A DNA stretch of 63,986 nucleotides, filler included, from Octopus bimaculoides (Eukaryota): NCBI RefSeq assembly GCF_001194135.2. It is 6 parts of 6 records of this genome, joined end to end, with 100 filler letters (N's around TTAATTAATTAA, not from the genome) between each part and the next. Parts side by side here need not be neighbours in the genome. Positions count along the whole stretch, not along the records: positions 1 to 12,557 come from NC_068999.1; positions 12,658 to 32,176 come from NC_068988.1; 4 more parts are not named here. One strand, written 5' to 3'. The translations under genes were made by a program, and so were the position numbers. The first letter of the stretch is position 1. Every line of letters starts with the position of its first letter. The notes under the pieces are model-generated. The model did not search any database. It had not been told where the DNA came from and saw nothing but the letters and a program-made list of their open reading frames with translations. Of this stretch, positions 1-13,640 are shown piece by piece.

Positions 1-120
1 TATTATTATCATTATTATTATTATCATTATTATTATTATCATTATTATTATTATCATTATTATTATTATCATTATTATTATTATCATTATTATTATTATC
101 ATTATTATTATTATTATTAT
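1..120. repeat. (ATT)n microsatellite with periodic ATC interruptions (about 15-nt higher unit)
   Basis: Directly visible: tattattatcattat repeated. Confidence 0.95.
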
Positions 121-325
121 AAGGCAATGAGCTGGCTTGCCAAGCAAAAGCTTAACAGTTTTCTGTCTGTCTTCATGTTCTGAGTTCAAATTTCACCAAA
201 GTCAGCTTTACCTTTCATCCTTTTGGGGGTGGGGTGATAAAATAAGTACCAGTTGAGTACTGGGTCGATGTAATCAACTATTCCCCTCCTCTGAATTTCA
301 GGCCTTGTGTCTGTAGTAGAAAGGA
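121..325 (+). mobile_element. tRNA-derived SINE, family A (degenerate)
   Basis: B-box-like gagttcaaattt followed by ctttcatccttttggg...aaataagtaccagt; same core recurs at 3525, 6455, 21163(-), 23745, 51271, 55613. Confidence 0.8.
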
Positions 326-397
326 TTATTATTATTGTTATTATTATTTTCCTCCTTCAATTCTGTTTCCATTGCTTGCTGAGTGTCTTCCTGACAC

Positions 398-439
<42 letters not shown>

Positions 440-479
440 ACAAGTATTTTAGTTAAGAAGCAATTATTTCAAATGAAAA

Positions 480-645
480 CCACACATGTAGAAGAGGCTT
501 CTTTCAGTTTCCATCTACAAGATCCATCTTGAAGGATTTGGTTAGTCTAGTCCTGGGCCAGAGTAGATGATACTTGTACAAGGTAACATGCGGACAGAAC
601 CTGAAACATGTGGTCGGAAAGCAAAATTCTTAACCACATAGCTGT
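480..645 (-). mobile_element. SINE family B head (degenerate)
   Basis: Reverse complement resembles gtggttaagaattt...accacatg...aagaagcc seen in the copies at 30965 and 54790. Confidence 0.65.
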
Positions 646-2974
646 GTCTAAATATACCATGGTAACAATGATTATGATGATGTTGATATAAGCAGTGCCA
701 TCTTCAAGAACTGGCACTCTTGTCAAAGGTGGAGGTGGGGTACACATGTAGGAAAACAAAATTAACCTTTATATCTGGTTGATACTTTCACCCAGTAATT
801 TCTCCAAATTGCAGTGCAGGATGGGGTTGTGATGTTGCTAAGACAACCTGAGATGTAATTGTTTCGAATTTTGGAACATGACCAGTAGTTTTCAGGGTGG
901 AGGGCGGGGGTGAAAGTTGGTCAATGACGTTGACCCCCTAGGGCTTGGCTAAGTTGACCATTCCTCAGAATGTAATGTGTCAGAATGGAAAATGCATCTT
1001 GTCCAGCTCATGAAATAATTCTATCTCTCCACCCTACCCCTACCCCATCAAGATATAATTTTTTTCTGTTGTAGGCACGTGACCTGCCCTCAGAATATAA
1101 TCTATGTTTGGGAACAGGGAAATATATCCCAACACATGACCCATGAAAGGATAAATTTTACTCGTGTCATCAGAAAACAAAATTAGCATTTTGAGCAGCA
1201 CATGTAGAATGTTAACATGTGGCTAATTTAATAATTACAGAAATATGTTGCTTAATGGATTACATTTACTCCATGGTAGAAATGATTTTATTACTCCATG
1301 CCACCTCTTTCACTCTTTGTATATATATATATATATACATATGTGTGTGTGTATGTGTGTATCTATTTATCTATCTCTATATAAAAGCTAATTACATTCA
1401 ATTTAATTAGTGGCCCTATCCTTACTCGTTCATCCCCCCTCCCCATACACATACACAACCATTCAATACGTGTGCGTACACATATTAATAATAGCTTTTC
1501 TCACCTTATCAGTTTACTTCCGTTGTATCTAAGGTATCACTTTTAAAATACAATAAACAAACAACGATAATAAAATAGACATTCTTTGCAGAAATGTCAT
1601 TAATCTAATGAATAAAGTTGTTAATTAATTATACATTAATAACTATGTGTGCTAAAAATAGTGAGATTAAAAACGAAAATAGGTATTAATTTCAAATTTC
1701 ATAATGGCATAAAATTGATGTATAAATAAGAGGAGGAGGAGGAGAGGGAAATAGAGAGAAGTGGATGGGGGCGGGGGAGAGTGACAATTGTAGTTTTGGT
1801 AGTGAAACTGGTGATGGTGGTGTTGGTGTTGGTAATGCAGCAATGGTAGTAGTGAGAGTGGTGACTATGCATAGTAGTGGTGGTAGTAAGGGCTTTAATG
1901 TGGTGGTGGTGGTGTCAAACGAGTAATGCTAAGTGGTAGTAATAATAATGAGATTTGTTAAGTTGGTAGTGGTGGCCATCAAGTAGTAGTAGTAGTCGTG
2001 GCAGTAGTAGTAAAAATGAGTATTAGTAAATTAATCTAAAATATCAGAGTTTGTAGTTTTGCTTCCCTAGTTTCTGACCCCAAATCCACAGTACATAAGG
2101 TTCTTCCATACCATCCAATAGGTGTTTTTGTCATTGTTAATCAAATGCACATAAGTGAACATATACATCAGCCAACATTATGAACTAAATCTGAGCCCCC
2201 AGAAACAGCTGTTGGACTTGTAAAACCATAACTTCTCCTCTTTTCTGTATCTTTGTACTCTGTGTAAGTTTGCTCTGTTAATATATAAATCTTGATATAT
2301 TTATACTTGAATAGTCATCATCTGAAAATTTCCAGTCTTTCCTTTCTCTCTATTTACTTTTATATATGTATGTATATATTGTATATCAAACCCAAGCAGT
2401 TTTATTTGTTTATTTGCATCATGTGTGTGTGTGTGTATACATGCAAACACACATGCACACAAAATATAAGCAGAAAAGTATATTGTATGGCAGAGGTGTA
2501 AGAAGGTGGTATGGGGGAAATGGGGTTGGGTGGTACTGGAAGAATTGTTTAAAATTTAAGCGACTGATTTAGATGGCAATCAGAACATCTAAGAAAATAT
2601 ATGTAACAAAGGTACTCAAAAGCCCCATTAAAGTCATCGGAAATAATTAGTATTTTCTTACAGAATTCATTTCGCCTGAATTACAATTCCAAACTTCCAA
2701 AGCTTATAACTCCACACTATGACACATAATTATTTTTAACAGTTTAATGGTGTATATTTGAAAAGAAACATTCATATCATACCACTCATTGGTATATATT
2801 TTTCTTTTATCGTTAATTAAATGACACTTCACAAAAACAACCTGTAGTGAAGAAGCTTGACTTTATATAATTTAAAGCTTGATATTTTTTTTATATCTCC
2901 ATTTCTTTTCTCTCAATATGTGTGATTTTATATACAAAGACAAAGAGCTACTTATTATATCATTGTCATCATCA

Positions 2975-3125
2975 CCATCATCATCATCATCATCGTTTAA
3001 CGTCCGCTTTCCATGCTAGCATGGGTTGGACGATTTGACTGAGGACTGGTGAAACCGGATGGCAACACCAGGCTCCAGTCTGATTTGGCAGAGTTTCTAC
3101 AGCTGGATGCCCTTCCTAACGCCAT
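2975..3125 (-). mobile_element. SINE family C 3' part with (GAT)n tail
   Basis: catcatcgtttaacgtccgctttccatgctagc...ctacagctggatgcccttcctaacgcc is the reverse complement of the 8960-9075 element end. Confidence 0.8.
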
Positions 3126-3524
3126 CATCATTTAATCTCTGTTTTCCATGCTGGCATGGGTTGGGCAGTTTGAAAGGATCCTGTGAGTTACATGGCTGCA
3201 TTGTACTCCAGAATCAGCTTTGGCATGGTTTCTATGGCTGGATGCCTTTCCCAATGTTAACCATTTTTACAGTGCATACAGAGTGCATTTCTCATGCTTC
3301 TGGCACTAATGGAGTTAGTAGGCAACTTGCAAGGCGAAAAAAAAAGGAATAAGGAGACATAGAACAAAAAGAAATTGCTCTCTTGAATATGTGGTGGGGT
3401 GATGGGGTATTTGGGTGAGTGGGGAGGTGATTTTTATACCTGGGACAAGCAGAATTGTCTTGCTATGGAGAAGATACATGGCCATCCGGCATTATATAAG
3501 GGTGGGAAAGGTGACGAGTTGACA

Positions 3525-3720
3525 GAATTGCTAGCGCAATGGGTGAAATGCTTAGCGGTGTTTCATCTGCTGCTCCATTCTGAGTTCAAATTTCGCCAAG
3601 GTCGACTTTGCCTTTCATTCTTTTGGGGCTGATTAAATAAGTACCAGTTATGTACTGGGGTCGGTGTAATCGACTTAATCCCTTCCCCCAAATTTGAGGC
3701 CTTGTGATTCCAGTAGGAAC
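3525..3720 (+). mobile_element. SINE family A
   Basis: gagttgacagaa...ttctgagttcaaatttcgccaaggtcgactttgcctttcattc...taagtaccag. Confidence 0.8.
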
Positions 3721-5459
3721 GATTGTATAAGGGTGGGAGTAACTGGGCGAGAAAAAATAAAAGGTAGGTTGAGTGTACCAGAGTAAAACCCTGAAGAAGC
3801 AAGACAGACGGTATTATGGGCAGTGGATCAGGAGCTGGAAATTGTGTGTGTGTGTGTGTGTCAAAACTCTTTCATATCGTGAGTGTCTGAGTGGTGAAAT
3901 GAGTTGGAGCCAGTACTCTCTAAATCAACTTGTATTGGTTAAGGAATACAAATACATTCCACTACATATCTTTATCAAGTATTATGCATATACATATGTG
4001 TGTGTGTGCATATGTACACAGACACATATGTAACTGAATACACTCCCACACATACATAATAATTAGACACACATGAGTCATCATAATCTAATTAGTGTAT
4101 GAAAGTGCTTTACAACTTACTTGAAATTGGTTGGGACTATGTATGACTTACATCAATTTTTGTTTAATAACCTACCACTAAAACTTTTAGGACATCTTCA
4201 AAACATTGTTTCTTTGATTGATATTGAGAGGGACAGCAATTAACCACGAAAGGAATGCATAATTAGTGACTGAAATCTACAAGCAAGTCTGTTTGTATAT
4301 AACTGAAAAAATTCTCACATTTTGAAGTAAAGGAAATAATGTTAGAGACATTTTGAAATACCTGGGATTGTCTTATACTGCAACCAGGTACACATGAACC
4401 TGAAACTTCTTCAATTTATTTAATCAAGGCAATTAGTCATTGACAGAATTCGTTGTTATGAATCTTGATTTATAATATTTTATAAATACCAACTTCAGGT
4501 GTATTCTACCGCTGCTTTCCACACTTTCTGATTTGCCTTTTATCATCTCCTTCTTGACTCTTATTTCTGTCCTCTTCATCTTTCTTTACTGATATTTACC
4601 CTCAGCCACACATGATCCTTTTTTATTCACCAATCATTACATTCACTTCCACCCCCATCTCTAACTACCAGTAAACTTTCCCCTAATGCTCTTGTGAACT
4701 TTCCACCAACCTTCTGGGTTCTCTTCTCTATTCTCTTCTGTACCCACCTTTCTATTGCCTGAGAATAACCTCTGACATCTTGCCACCCACCCTTATATAA
4801 CATTGGGGTAGCCATGTACCTCCTCTCGAGCTAAACACCTGTGCTTGTCCCTGTATCTTATTTAGCCTCTTACCACCTGGCATAAAGCCATGTCCCCACT
4901 TTTTTCAACCATTTTCAGATCGAGAATTCATTTTCATTGTTTTGCTCTTATTATGTGGCTTCATTAATATCGGGTGTCAGGAAGAAAAGCCCTCAATGCC
5001 TTCTGTAAAAGGGCATCCAGCTGTAGAAATCATAGCAAAGCAGACATTGGCACTCAACACAGTCCTCCAGCTTGTTGAATCTTGTTAAACTGTCTGACTC
5101 ATGCCTGCATGGAAGACAGATTTTAAATGATGATGAAGATGGTGAGAATAATGACGATATATGTACTCAAACTCAGGAGGTTGATAACAGTTAATCAAAA
5201 TACACACTGTAGGAAACCTCTAGAATGCTAGAACTTCCAAGTAGAGTGTAATTCAAAATGAAGATTTTATCCTTGTTCTTTGTGCAAAATAACAATCTTT
5301 GTTTTCATTTGGTCATTTGCTTTGATATGTGAAGCAAACCTATGTCTCTAAGGATATATATCTATATGTGTGCTTGCTTGTGTGTATTTTGTGTTTTTTC
5401 CTGAATTTAGTACATTCCAATATGACTTACCAATCTATAAATAATTTTCTTATCTTTAG

Positions 5460-5552
5460 GAACTGAATCTGCAGATCAATTATCTTCTTGAAGAAGTTAA
5501 GAATCGGAAAAATGCCTTGGATGTGGAAGCAACTGAAACCCAATCTGTTCAG
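5460..5552 (+). CDS. CCDC39: Internal exon of coiled-coil domain-containing protein 39 (axonemal 96-nm ruler subunit), phase 0-0, ELNLQINYLLEEVKNRKNALDVEATETQSVQ
   Basis: Acceptor ttttcttatctttag, donor GTAATG, 93 nt open frame. Aligns without gaps to recalled human CCDC39 [31 protein letters not shown]; as recalled, the human exon is also 93 nt and phase 0. Confidence 0.8.
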
Positions 5553-6221
5553 GTAATGGTCTCAATTGTTCTTTCATAAATTGAATTCCACCTTTTTATC
5601 TTAATTCAGGCCCTCAAAAGGCCTCTGTCACACATGTTATCCTCTCCTCTTCTCTAATGCAGAATCATTAATAAAAATAAAAAAAATAAAAAAAAAAAAG
5701 TTAGAACATTTATGTAAGAAGCACGTCTACAGTTTCCATTTAATTTATCTCCTGAAAATTTAGAACGTGTGTGTGTGTGCACGTGCCCCCAAAGTAATTC
5801 TATTAAATAAGAAAATAAAAAGCAAAACAAGCCCTGAAAAACAAGCACAACAACAGCAATAGCAACAATAATAATAATAAGGTTCTTAAAAAGAATGGTG
5901 TTGGCTTATACCACCAGCGCTAGTGGTAGACTAGCCCTTTATTTTATCGACCTTGAAAGGATGAAAGGCAAAGTGAACATTCGAGCATGGTCGTTGCCAT
6001 TGCCGCCGGACTGGCTCCCGTGCAGGTAGGACGTATAAACACCTTTTGAGCGTGACCAGATTGAGCCTGGTGCAGCCTCTGGCTCACCACTCATCAGTCA
6101 AACTGTCTAACCCATGCCAGCATGGAAAGCGGACGTTAAATGATGATGATGATAATGATATATATATATATATATATATATNNNNNNNNNNTTAAGGGCA
6201 TTACTATACATAAATGCCTCA

Positions 6222-6260
<39 letters not shown>

Positions 6261-8769
6261 TTCACTTAGGTATTGTGAGACTAACAACCTGGTTTAGAAT
6301 TCAATATGTGCACTGAAACAACTGTAAGCCTATAAAGTTAATAAGATAATCGTTTATTCCTTTGCCATTTCATTTTCTTACATATATATTTGTAATACTG
6401 GTATAACAGAAGCTTTACAGCACCAGACAAAAATCGTATTTCTTTCAACTCTTTAAATCTTGAGTTCAAATCCCACTAAAGTCAGCTTTGTCTTTCATCT
6501 CATCAGTTGATAAAATAAAGTACCAGTCATGTACTGGGACTTGTATTTGCCTAACCCTTTCCTGTCAAAACAACCCCTTGACTTCTTGCTTATTCTAGAA
6601 ACCATTATTTCATATTTTTATTAACCCCAGGTCAGCTGCGATTGAGCAGGCATATGATCAGTCATACTACAGTCTTGACCTTCTCGTCATTTTATTCAGA
6701 TGTAGTGTATTTCAGACCTCCCTATTAAATGTGACCATCCATTGTTATGATGGTAGACTGTAATTTGAGAGATATATGCCAGCTATTTCTAGCAAATTGA
6801 GCCAGCAATTAGAGGCTCAGTGCTATTGTTATTATAAAACAGCAGATTTGCAGAGCTGGCAGAAGGGCAACCCAAATACTTTAAGGCATTAAATTCCATT
6901 TCTATATTTTCTGTCATTAAACCCTCATGGAATTTGGTTTATGTGATTGACACCATTCTTTGCAGAAATTCTTGTCCTCGTGTCTCTGCGAGAAATCTCA
7001 TGTTCTCATTGACGTTATAGTGAGGTTTTATGATTTTAATTTAAATATGAACATTTTTAACACAGCCAGTCATGGGTGGCTGGCTCAGCATAAAAGAGGG
7101 CAAATTTTTTTTTTATATGTCAACTTTGGAATTTTTTTGTTAAGCAAGGCATGTAAAGTTATGAACCATGACCAACTAGTGGAATAATGATATTAAAAAG
7201 AAAAAAAAAGCCATATTGTATTTTCTAGCTGTAAATTTGGAGTACATGAGCTTGTGTTCAGAAGTCCAGTACATTAATTAACTTTGGAAGCCATTGTGCG
7301 TGTTATGGAATGAATTTTTAGAAAACCATTATTTTGAATAATTAAATTTATTGACTGATTTATTAGAATGTGAATTGCAAAGGGGTGGGGTGGTGGTGGG
7401 TGGTGTCACTTATTAAAGTTTTAGTGACCAACCAAAACATAGATTTTTCATATCTTATCAAGGAGTAATATGCTCTGTTTTGAACCAATATCCCCCAGGG
7501 GCCACAGTCCAGCAAAATGGATGCTGACTAGGTGACTGTTCTATGAGTTGGCAATGCAATTTATTCAGCATTGACGAGTCCTTTGGTAAGGTTGTTCTTC
7601 TGTGGACACATCCTCTCTCTATGCCCCTCTGGTAAGGTTTCTTTGAAAGGTATCACTTTTGCAAAGCTGGGTTGTTGTATGCATTCCTCTTTTACTTGTT
7701 TTACTCACTGACTGTGGCCATACTGGGGCATGGCTTCGAGGCATTTACTCAATCGAATCAGCCCCAGTATTTATTTTTCGAGCTGCTATGTTACAGAGAT
7801 GTAGACAAACTAGCACTGGTTTTCAAGCAGTAGGGGACAAATACATTCACACACACACATGGAAGGCTTCCACACAGTTTCTGCCTACTAAATCTACTCA
7901 TTAGGCAATGGTCAACCCCACAGCCAAACCGGTTCCTACTCTGTCTATACTTTGTATAAGGATTATATCTTTGGTGATATTTCACAAAAGATCTTGTGAA
8001 AAACTGTATTTTCTTTATACTGTTTTTGTTGTTGTATGGACTTAATTCTTGCTCTTATCTGTCAGATGTATGACTACTTTCCAATCATGACCTTTCCAAT
8101 GACTGAAGCTAGTAAAACAATAAAATATTTCATTTTTTATCCAAAAACTATCTAGGTTTATGTATCCCTCCTTTTTTTTTTTGTCCTAAGACACTAGATT
8201 AAAATTTGAGGGAGATTTGGCTGCTATTTATAGTTGATCAAACACCTTTGTACAAGTTCCTCTTTCCAGCTAATTTGTTATTGTTGTTGTTTAATTGTTT
8301 GATTAATGTCAAACAAACCTAGCACACATGCAATTATCTGATATTAGAAATCATTTGCTTGCTTTTACACTCTGTCCATCTCCATTTCTATTGCTTTTTA
8401 TGTTCTCTGAAGACAAGATGTATAACAATGTCTAGATTGCTGCTAATTATTAGTTATTCATAGAAAACTTTTTCGACTGAATTTTCAGCAGTCTTCCTTA
8501 TCCAGTGAGTTATTCTCAAATGCCAATAGGTTTTAATTGAAGAGAGATTTGGTTGTTTTTTCTGGAAAATCACCAAAACCTATTGTGGTTCCTGTTTTCC
8601 TCTTTTTTTTCCCTTTATTTTCTATAATATTTAAGAGACAAATTTTTTCTCAAAAGATTCCTACTCATAATGCATCTGGGACTACCCTGAGGGGACAAGC
8701 TGCCCTTCTGCTTTATATATGTTAATACGGTGCGGCACAAACACACACACACACACACACGCATGAAAT

Positions 8770-9075
8770 GCACCATTTTGAGCGTGACCGTTGCCAGTGC
8801 TGCCTGGCTGGCCTTCGTGGGATTTTCGAGCAAGATCGTTGCCAGTGCCCCTGGACTGACTCTTGTGCGGGTGGCACATAAAATGCACCAATTTGAGCGT
8901 GGCCATTGCCAGTACCGCCTGACTGGCCTTCGTGCGGGTGACACATAAAAGCACCCACTACACTCTCTGAGTGGTTGGCGTTAGGAAGGGCATCCAGCTG
9001 TAGAAACTCTGCCAAATCAGATTGGAGCATGGTCTAGCCATCTGGAAAGCGGACGTTAAACGATGATGATGATGA
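8770..9075 (+). mobile_element. SINE family C with internal duplication of ttgagcgtg..gttgccagt
   Basis: gagtggttggcgttaggaagggcatccagctgtagaaac...gaaagcggacgttaaacgatgatgatgatg; copies at 4960, 5985, 16270, 16700, 17515, 23570, 39755. Confidence 0.85.
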
Positions 9076-12000
9076 CTGGTAGTTAAAATTTGTGGGAGAC
9101 ACCTAATAATTTTCTCACTTGGATGTTTAGTTCAGTACGCTACTGTTTCTGTGATTTGAACATTCAAACTGCTAATATAAAATGCAATTATGAGATAACA
9201 GGAGATAATATAGCCGAAGAATCTCAATGTGTTGCTTACCTTTGTCACTCTGAAGCATAATTAAACTGATTAACTTAAAATGTTCTAAACAAATGAAATT
9301 AGCATAAGGAAACGTTAATGTTGTTGATGTTGCTGCTGTGATCATTGTCATCGATGGTGACGGTGATGGTGTTTTTTTTTTGTTTGGTTTATTTTTCATT
9401 TATATCTTCGTTTTTCACCCAGAAGTGAAACAAAAGTAATTGACGGGAAATTTGCATTAAGCCATTTCATTGTCAAAAATGTTAACTTTTACATTGTGTG
9501 TTTGTGTGTGTCTGTGTGTATGCATGAGTATGTCTGTATGTGTGTGCATGTGTATGTGGGTGAATGCCCAACCAGAAAAGAAATCTATAACAATTATCAG
9601 GAGAATGAGTGCTGGAAATGGTTTTCTCAGTAACTAGTATAATTAACTAGTATAATTAACTACAGCAAAATAATGGAATACAAATATATAAATAATGCAA
9701 AAAAAAAAAAAGACAAAATAAGAGACAGGAAAGAAAATGAAATTATCAATGAATAAAAATAGAAGTTAAGAAAGAAAGAAAGAAGGAATTGTGGAAAATG
9801 GTGAGAGAAACAAGTAGGCAGTTTCATGTGAAAAGTCTACTATTTCTGTGAAACTTGGATAACGACTCATTCTCTGTTGCCATTAATGTAAATTCAGGAG
9901 ACATTCATAATTTTCTATTTAAATGCATTAATTAAAGTGATTATCTTATTGAAATTCAAGCAATCTTAAAGAAATCTGTTGCCCCCCAGTTAAATATTGT
10001 GATGTGGAGAAAGGTGGTTGGAGGAGGAGGAGAAGGGAGAGGAGGGGAAGAAGGAAAAGAAGGTTAAGAGAAGAAAAAGAAGAATGAGGGAGAGAGAGAG
10101 AGAGAGAGAGAGATAATGTGAAAAAGAAAAAGAAGCAAAAATGAAATGAAAGAACATGAAATGAGTACATCAACAGCAACAGCAGCAACAATAACAACAA
10201 CAACAATAACAACAACAACAACAACAACCAGTTGTCATTGTTTCAAATTGTAAGAAGAATGAACAATTAAAATATAATAGGTATTTGTTGCTTTTTTTTT
10301 CTTTTCATTTTTATGTCTTTGTCCAACAAAAGATTATTCTATTAATTAGATGAATATTTTCTGAATCTGAAATTATGCAAACACTTTACATATATACATA
10401 TATGTGTGTGTATGTATATATGTGTGTGTGTGTGTATACGAGTATTTGTGTGTGTACAAGAAGTAATTTTAAAGATTGTATCTTTTTTATTGTTTGCTTG
10501 CATTTGATTATTTATTTATTTACTTATTTGTTATGTAAATAATTAGCTGATGGCAGTTAATGACATAATCAGTAGAGCGCCCTGAGTAAATTGCCTTGTG
10601 GGTATTTAGTGATTGAGTTACATCCCCTCGTATTTATGTGTTCATAAGCTGGTCAGAGGCAACTTTGGTTTTCTTCTCTCAGGGGTGGAGGTAGGATTCC
10701 ACAGCATTATCCATTAGTAGCTGATGATAATGATGCTTAGTCCCTCCCCAGCCCAAAATGAGGAGACATATCATCAAAAGCTTTTCAACCATGACCAACC
10801 AGTCTTTGCATATGACAGAGACTACATTGTCCAATGAAACCTTTCTTTTTGCAAAAGGCAATAGGATGCATTTGACTGAACATGGCTGCTATTTCTAGCA
10901 GATGAAACTTGTCTGGGACAAGCTGTTTAGGCACAGATATGCCAGTACAGCAGAAACTGTTTGAGGTGCACCACTTTGAAGGGAAGCCATTTTGTGTGCT
11001 TTGTGTTATCAACATACGAGCATATGTCAAAGAGCTGCCTTCATGCGTAGGACAAAGTTTGCTATCAGCTGAGTTTTTGGTGAAGGTCAACCCTTCATCT
11101 TCGAGCAATGAACTGTTTCTAATTTCCCTCTTAAGGAGAATCGACAGTGTTGTATGTTGGATACATTTTAATAACCATTCCAGCTTTCTACAGTCTAAGT
11201 TCAAATCCCACCAGGACTAAGTTTGCTTTTCGTTCCTTCAAGGTCAATGAAGTTCCGGTACCCTACAGAAATATTTATATATATATATAGAATTTACAGA
11301 AAGCAAAAAGCTGAAGACAGATGAAGGAACAACAAGCAGGTGTAATAGCTTAAAGCTTGGGTGAAATGAAAAAGTATATCACATTTTAATTCTATGCTCT
11401 TCAAGAGAAAGGACTGAGAGAAAAAGAAAATGGAAAAAGAACAAAACAAAAAAAGGGGAGAGAGGAAAAAATGTGTAGGGAATAAGGGCATCATGATGAA
11501 ATAGTGATAGGCTTCTTCAGAGGGTATTAGGGAACCTATGACTATTATATAAAAATGTTAGCTAATGATGTTCACAGAGTGGGATTGAACCCCTGGCCTC
11601 ATGGTTCTTAAGTGAATTTCTTAACCACACAGCCATGCTTGCACTTGACACATATAATATTGTGTAATGTAGCAAATTACATTCTATATAATTTATACAT
11701 CATAGTTTTATGTAGTGTTATATATTGAAGATGCTGCAAATATATATGGCCGTCTTTCTTTCAGTAACATTGGTGATTACTCAATTTGCTTAACCAAAAT
11801 TCAGTTTTAATTAGCAGATATAGGTTGCTCTTGAGAGGAATTACAGAATATCATATTTTAAGCACCATTAATAAGATTATTCTTGTCATAGACTGAAAGT
11901 TTTTGTCTATCATTTCTTATAGACATTGGCAAATAACTCTAAATATATGGTACTGCTACGAAACCACTTACATTTCATGGAATGTCTTTGCCACATCCAT

Positions 12001-12376
12001 AATTCATCCCAGTTATTATAATTCTGTATGTGTGCCTGTATGGGCCCGTGAATGTGTGTGTGTGTCTATGTGTGTGTTTTTACTGGTTTGTTTCTCAGCC
12101 TTGTACTTTTTGGTTCATTCCCAATGCATGGCACTTTGGGTATTGTCATCTACTATAATCTTGGCCGATTCAAACCCACCTTATTAGTGTATTTGGTTAA
12201 TGGAAACTGAAAGAAGCCTGTTCTGTGTGTCATTATCATCATCGTTTAATGTCCATCTTCCATGCATTATAGGTAGGATGGTTGACAGGAGCTGGCCAGG
12301 AAGAAGACTACCCCAGGCTGCTGTATCTGTTTTGCCTTTCCTAACACCAACCACTCCATTGACAGGATTATATATA

Positions 12377-12423
<47 letters not shown>

Positions 12424-12601
12424 GGGTGTGTGTGTATATATATGTATATATATATATGTGTGTGTATATATATATGTGTATATATATATGTATATATATA
12501 TATATGTGTGTATATATATATATATATATGTGTGTATATATATATATATATATGTGTNNNNNNNNNNNNNNNNNNNNNNNNNNNNNNNNNNNNNNNNNNN
12601 N

Positions 12602-12613
12602 TTAATTAATTAA
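12602..12613. other. Artificial scaffold linker TTAATTAATTAA inside a 100-nt N gap
   Basis: Identical 12-mer flanked by N runs at five places; encodes stops in all six frames. Confidence 0.9.
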
Positions 12614-12657
12614 NNNNNNNNNNNNNNNNNNNNNNNNNNNNNNNNNNNNNNNNNNNN

Positions 12658-12689
<32 letters not shown>

Positions 12690-12697
<8 letters not shown>

Positions 12698-13640
12698 TAG
12701 AGAAAAATTCGATGAAAATAAGATTCTATTATTTCTCCCCAGACACAGCAGAAGATCTTATAATGTTAGTGAAAGAAATGTTTTCCCATAAATATGGGGG
12801 GGTTCCTTTCGTGTCAGAAGGAAGTGTGAAACGTATGAGTTATACCAGTTCTGTTACATTGAAATGTTGAAAGTTATTTATAGAAACATAATTGAGGGGA
12901 AATTTTCCAGGCACCAGCTGTCTTCGGAATGAAGGGTAGCGTATAGTGTTAGTATGAGAGAAAGGTGCTTAAAAAATGCCAAAAATTAGGAGAAATGAAT
13001 GAAAGTGATTGATAGTAGGATCCAATGAACAAGTTCTGAGAAGTGGGACACATTATAATTGCCGTAAAAGGGTGGATAGAAGGACAAGAAGGGTGGGTAG
13101 AAGGTGGATGAGTTAGTGAGTGAAAGTTTTTTTTAATGAAGAGTTGTTGATCAAGTGAACGAATAATTCTTTCACCGTTTTTATACCATTCCACCTGAGG
13201 TTGCATCAAGTTTCATGATATGAAACTACTGCCCGTCTAAATGTTTATATTTGAATTAAAACTTTCGATCATGATTTCATTTATGGACCTTTTTAAGTTC
13301 CAAATGCTAGCTTAATGAGAAGTAAGTCTGTTAATTTATTAAATCCCTCCACATTCTTGATTACCGCATTTAATGATATATACAACGCATTTTTTTTTTT
13401 TTTTTCATTAATGTCTCAAAAATCATCCTGGGTCCTATATTTAAAGTTTGGCCTATATTACATGCTTTAATGCACTTTTTCTTTCCCTGGATATACGCTG
13501 CCGAAATTGGGGTGCATCTCTTATGCTATCAAATTCAGTAACCGAAACGTTGAAGCAGTGTATTTTAGTAGTAGACGGGGATTAAATGCAGCACAGGATG
13601 TCGAAGATCAAAAGAGTTGCAGCTTTCTGCAGTTCAGGTA
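12690..13640. promoter_or_regulatory. CpG-retaining, SINE-free segment; possible promoter or first exon (ATG 13598, donor 13638)
   Basis: Frequent CG dinucleotides relative to flanks; caggATGTCGAAGATCAAAAGAGTTGCAGCTTTCTGCAGTTCAG|gtagag. Inference only. Confidence 0.25.

Noticed and set aside
3399-3632. YTWDKQNCLAMEK resembling the preceding CCDC39 exon (MNWDQQALEAW)
   Set aside because: No acceptor or donor at the expected places, poor similarity beyond WD, and related repeat-like sequence occurs inverted near 4630-4815.
12602-12613. TTAATTAATTAA palindromes as a biological motif
   Set aside because: Always centred in 100-nt N gaps; assembly linker.
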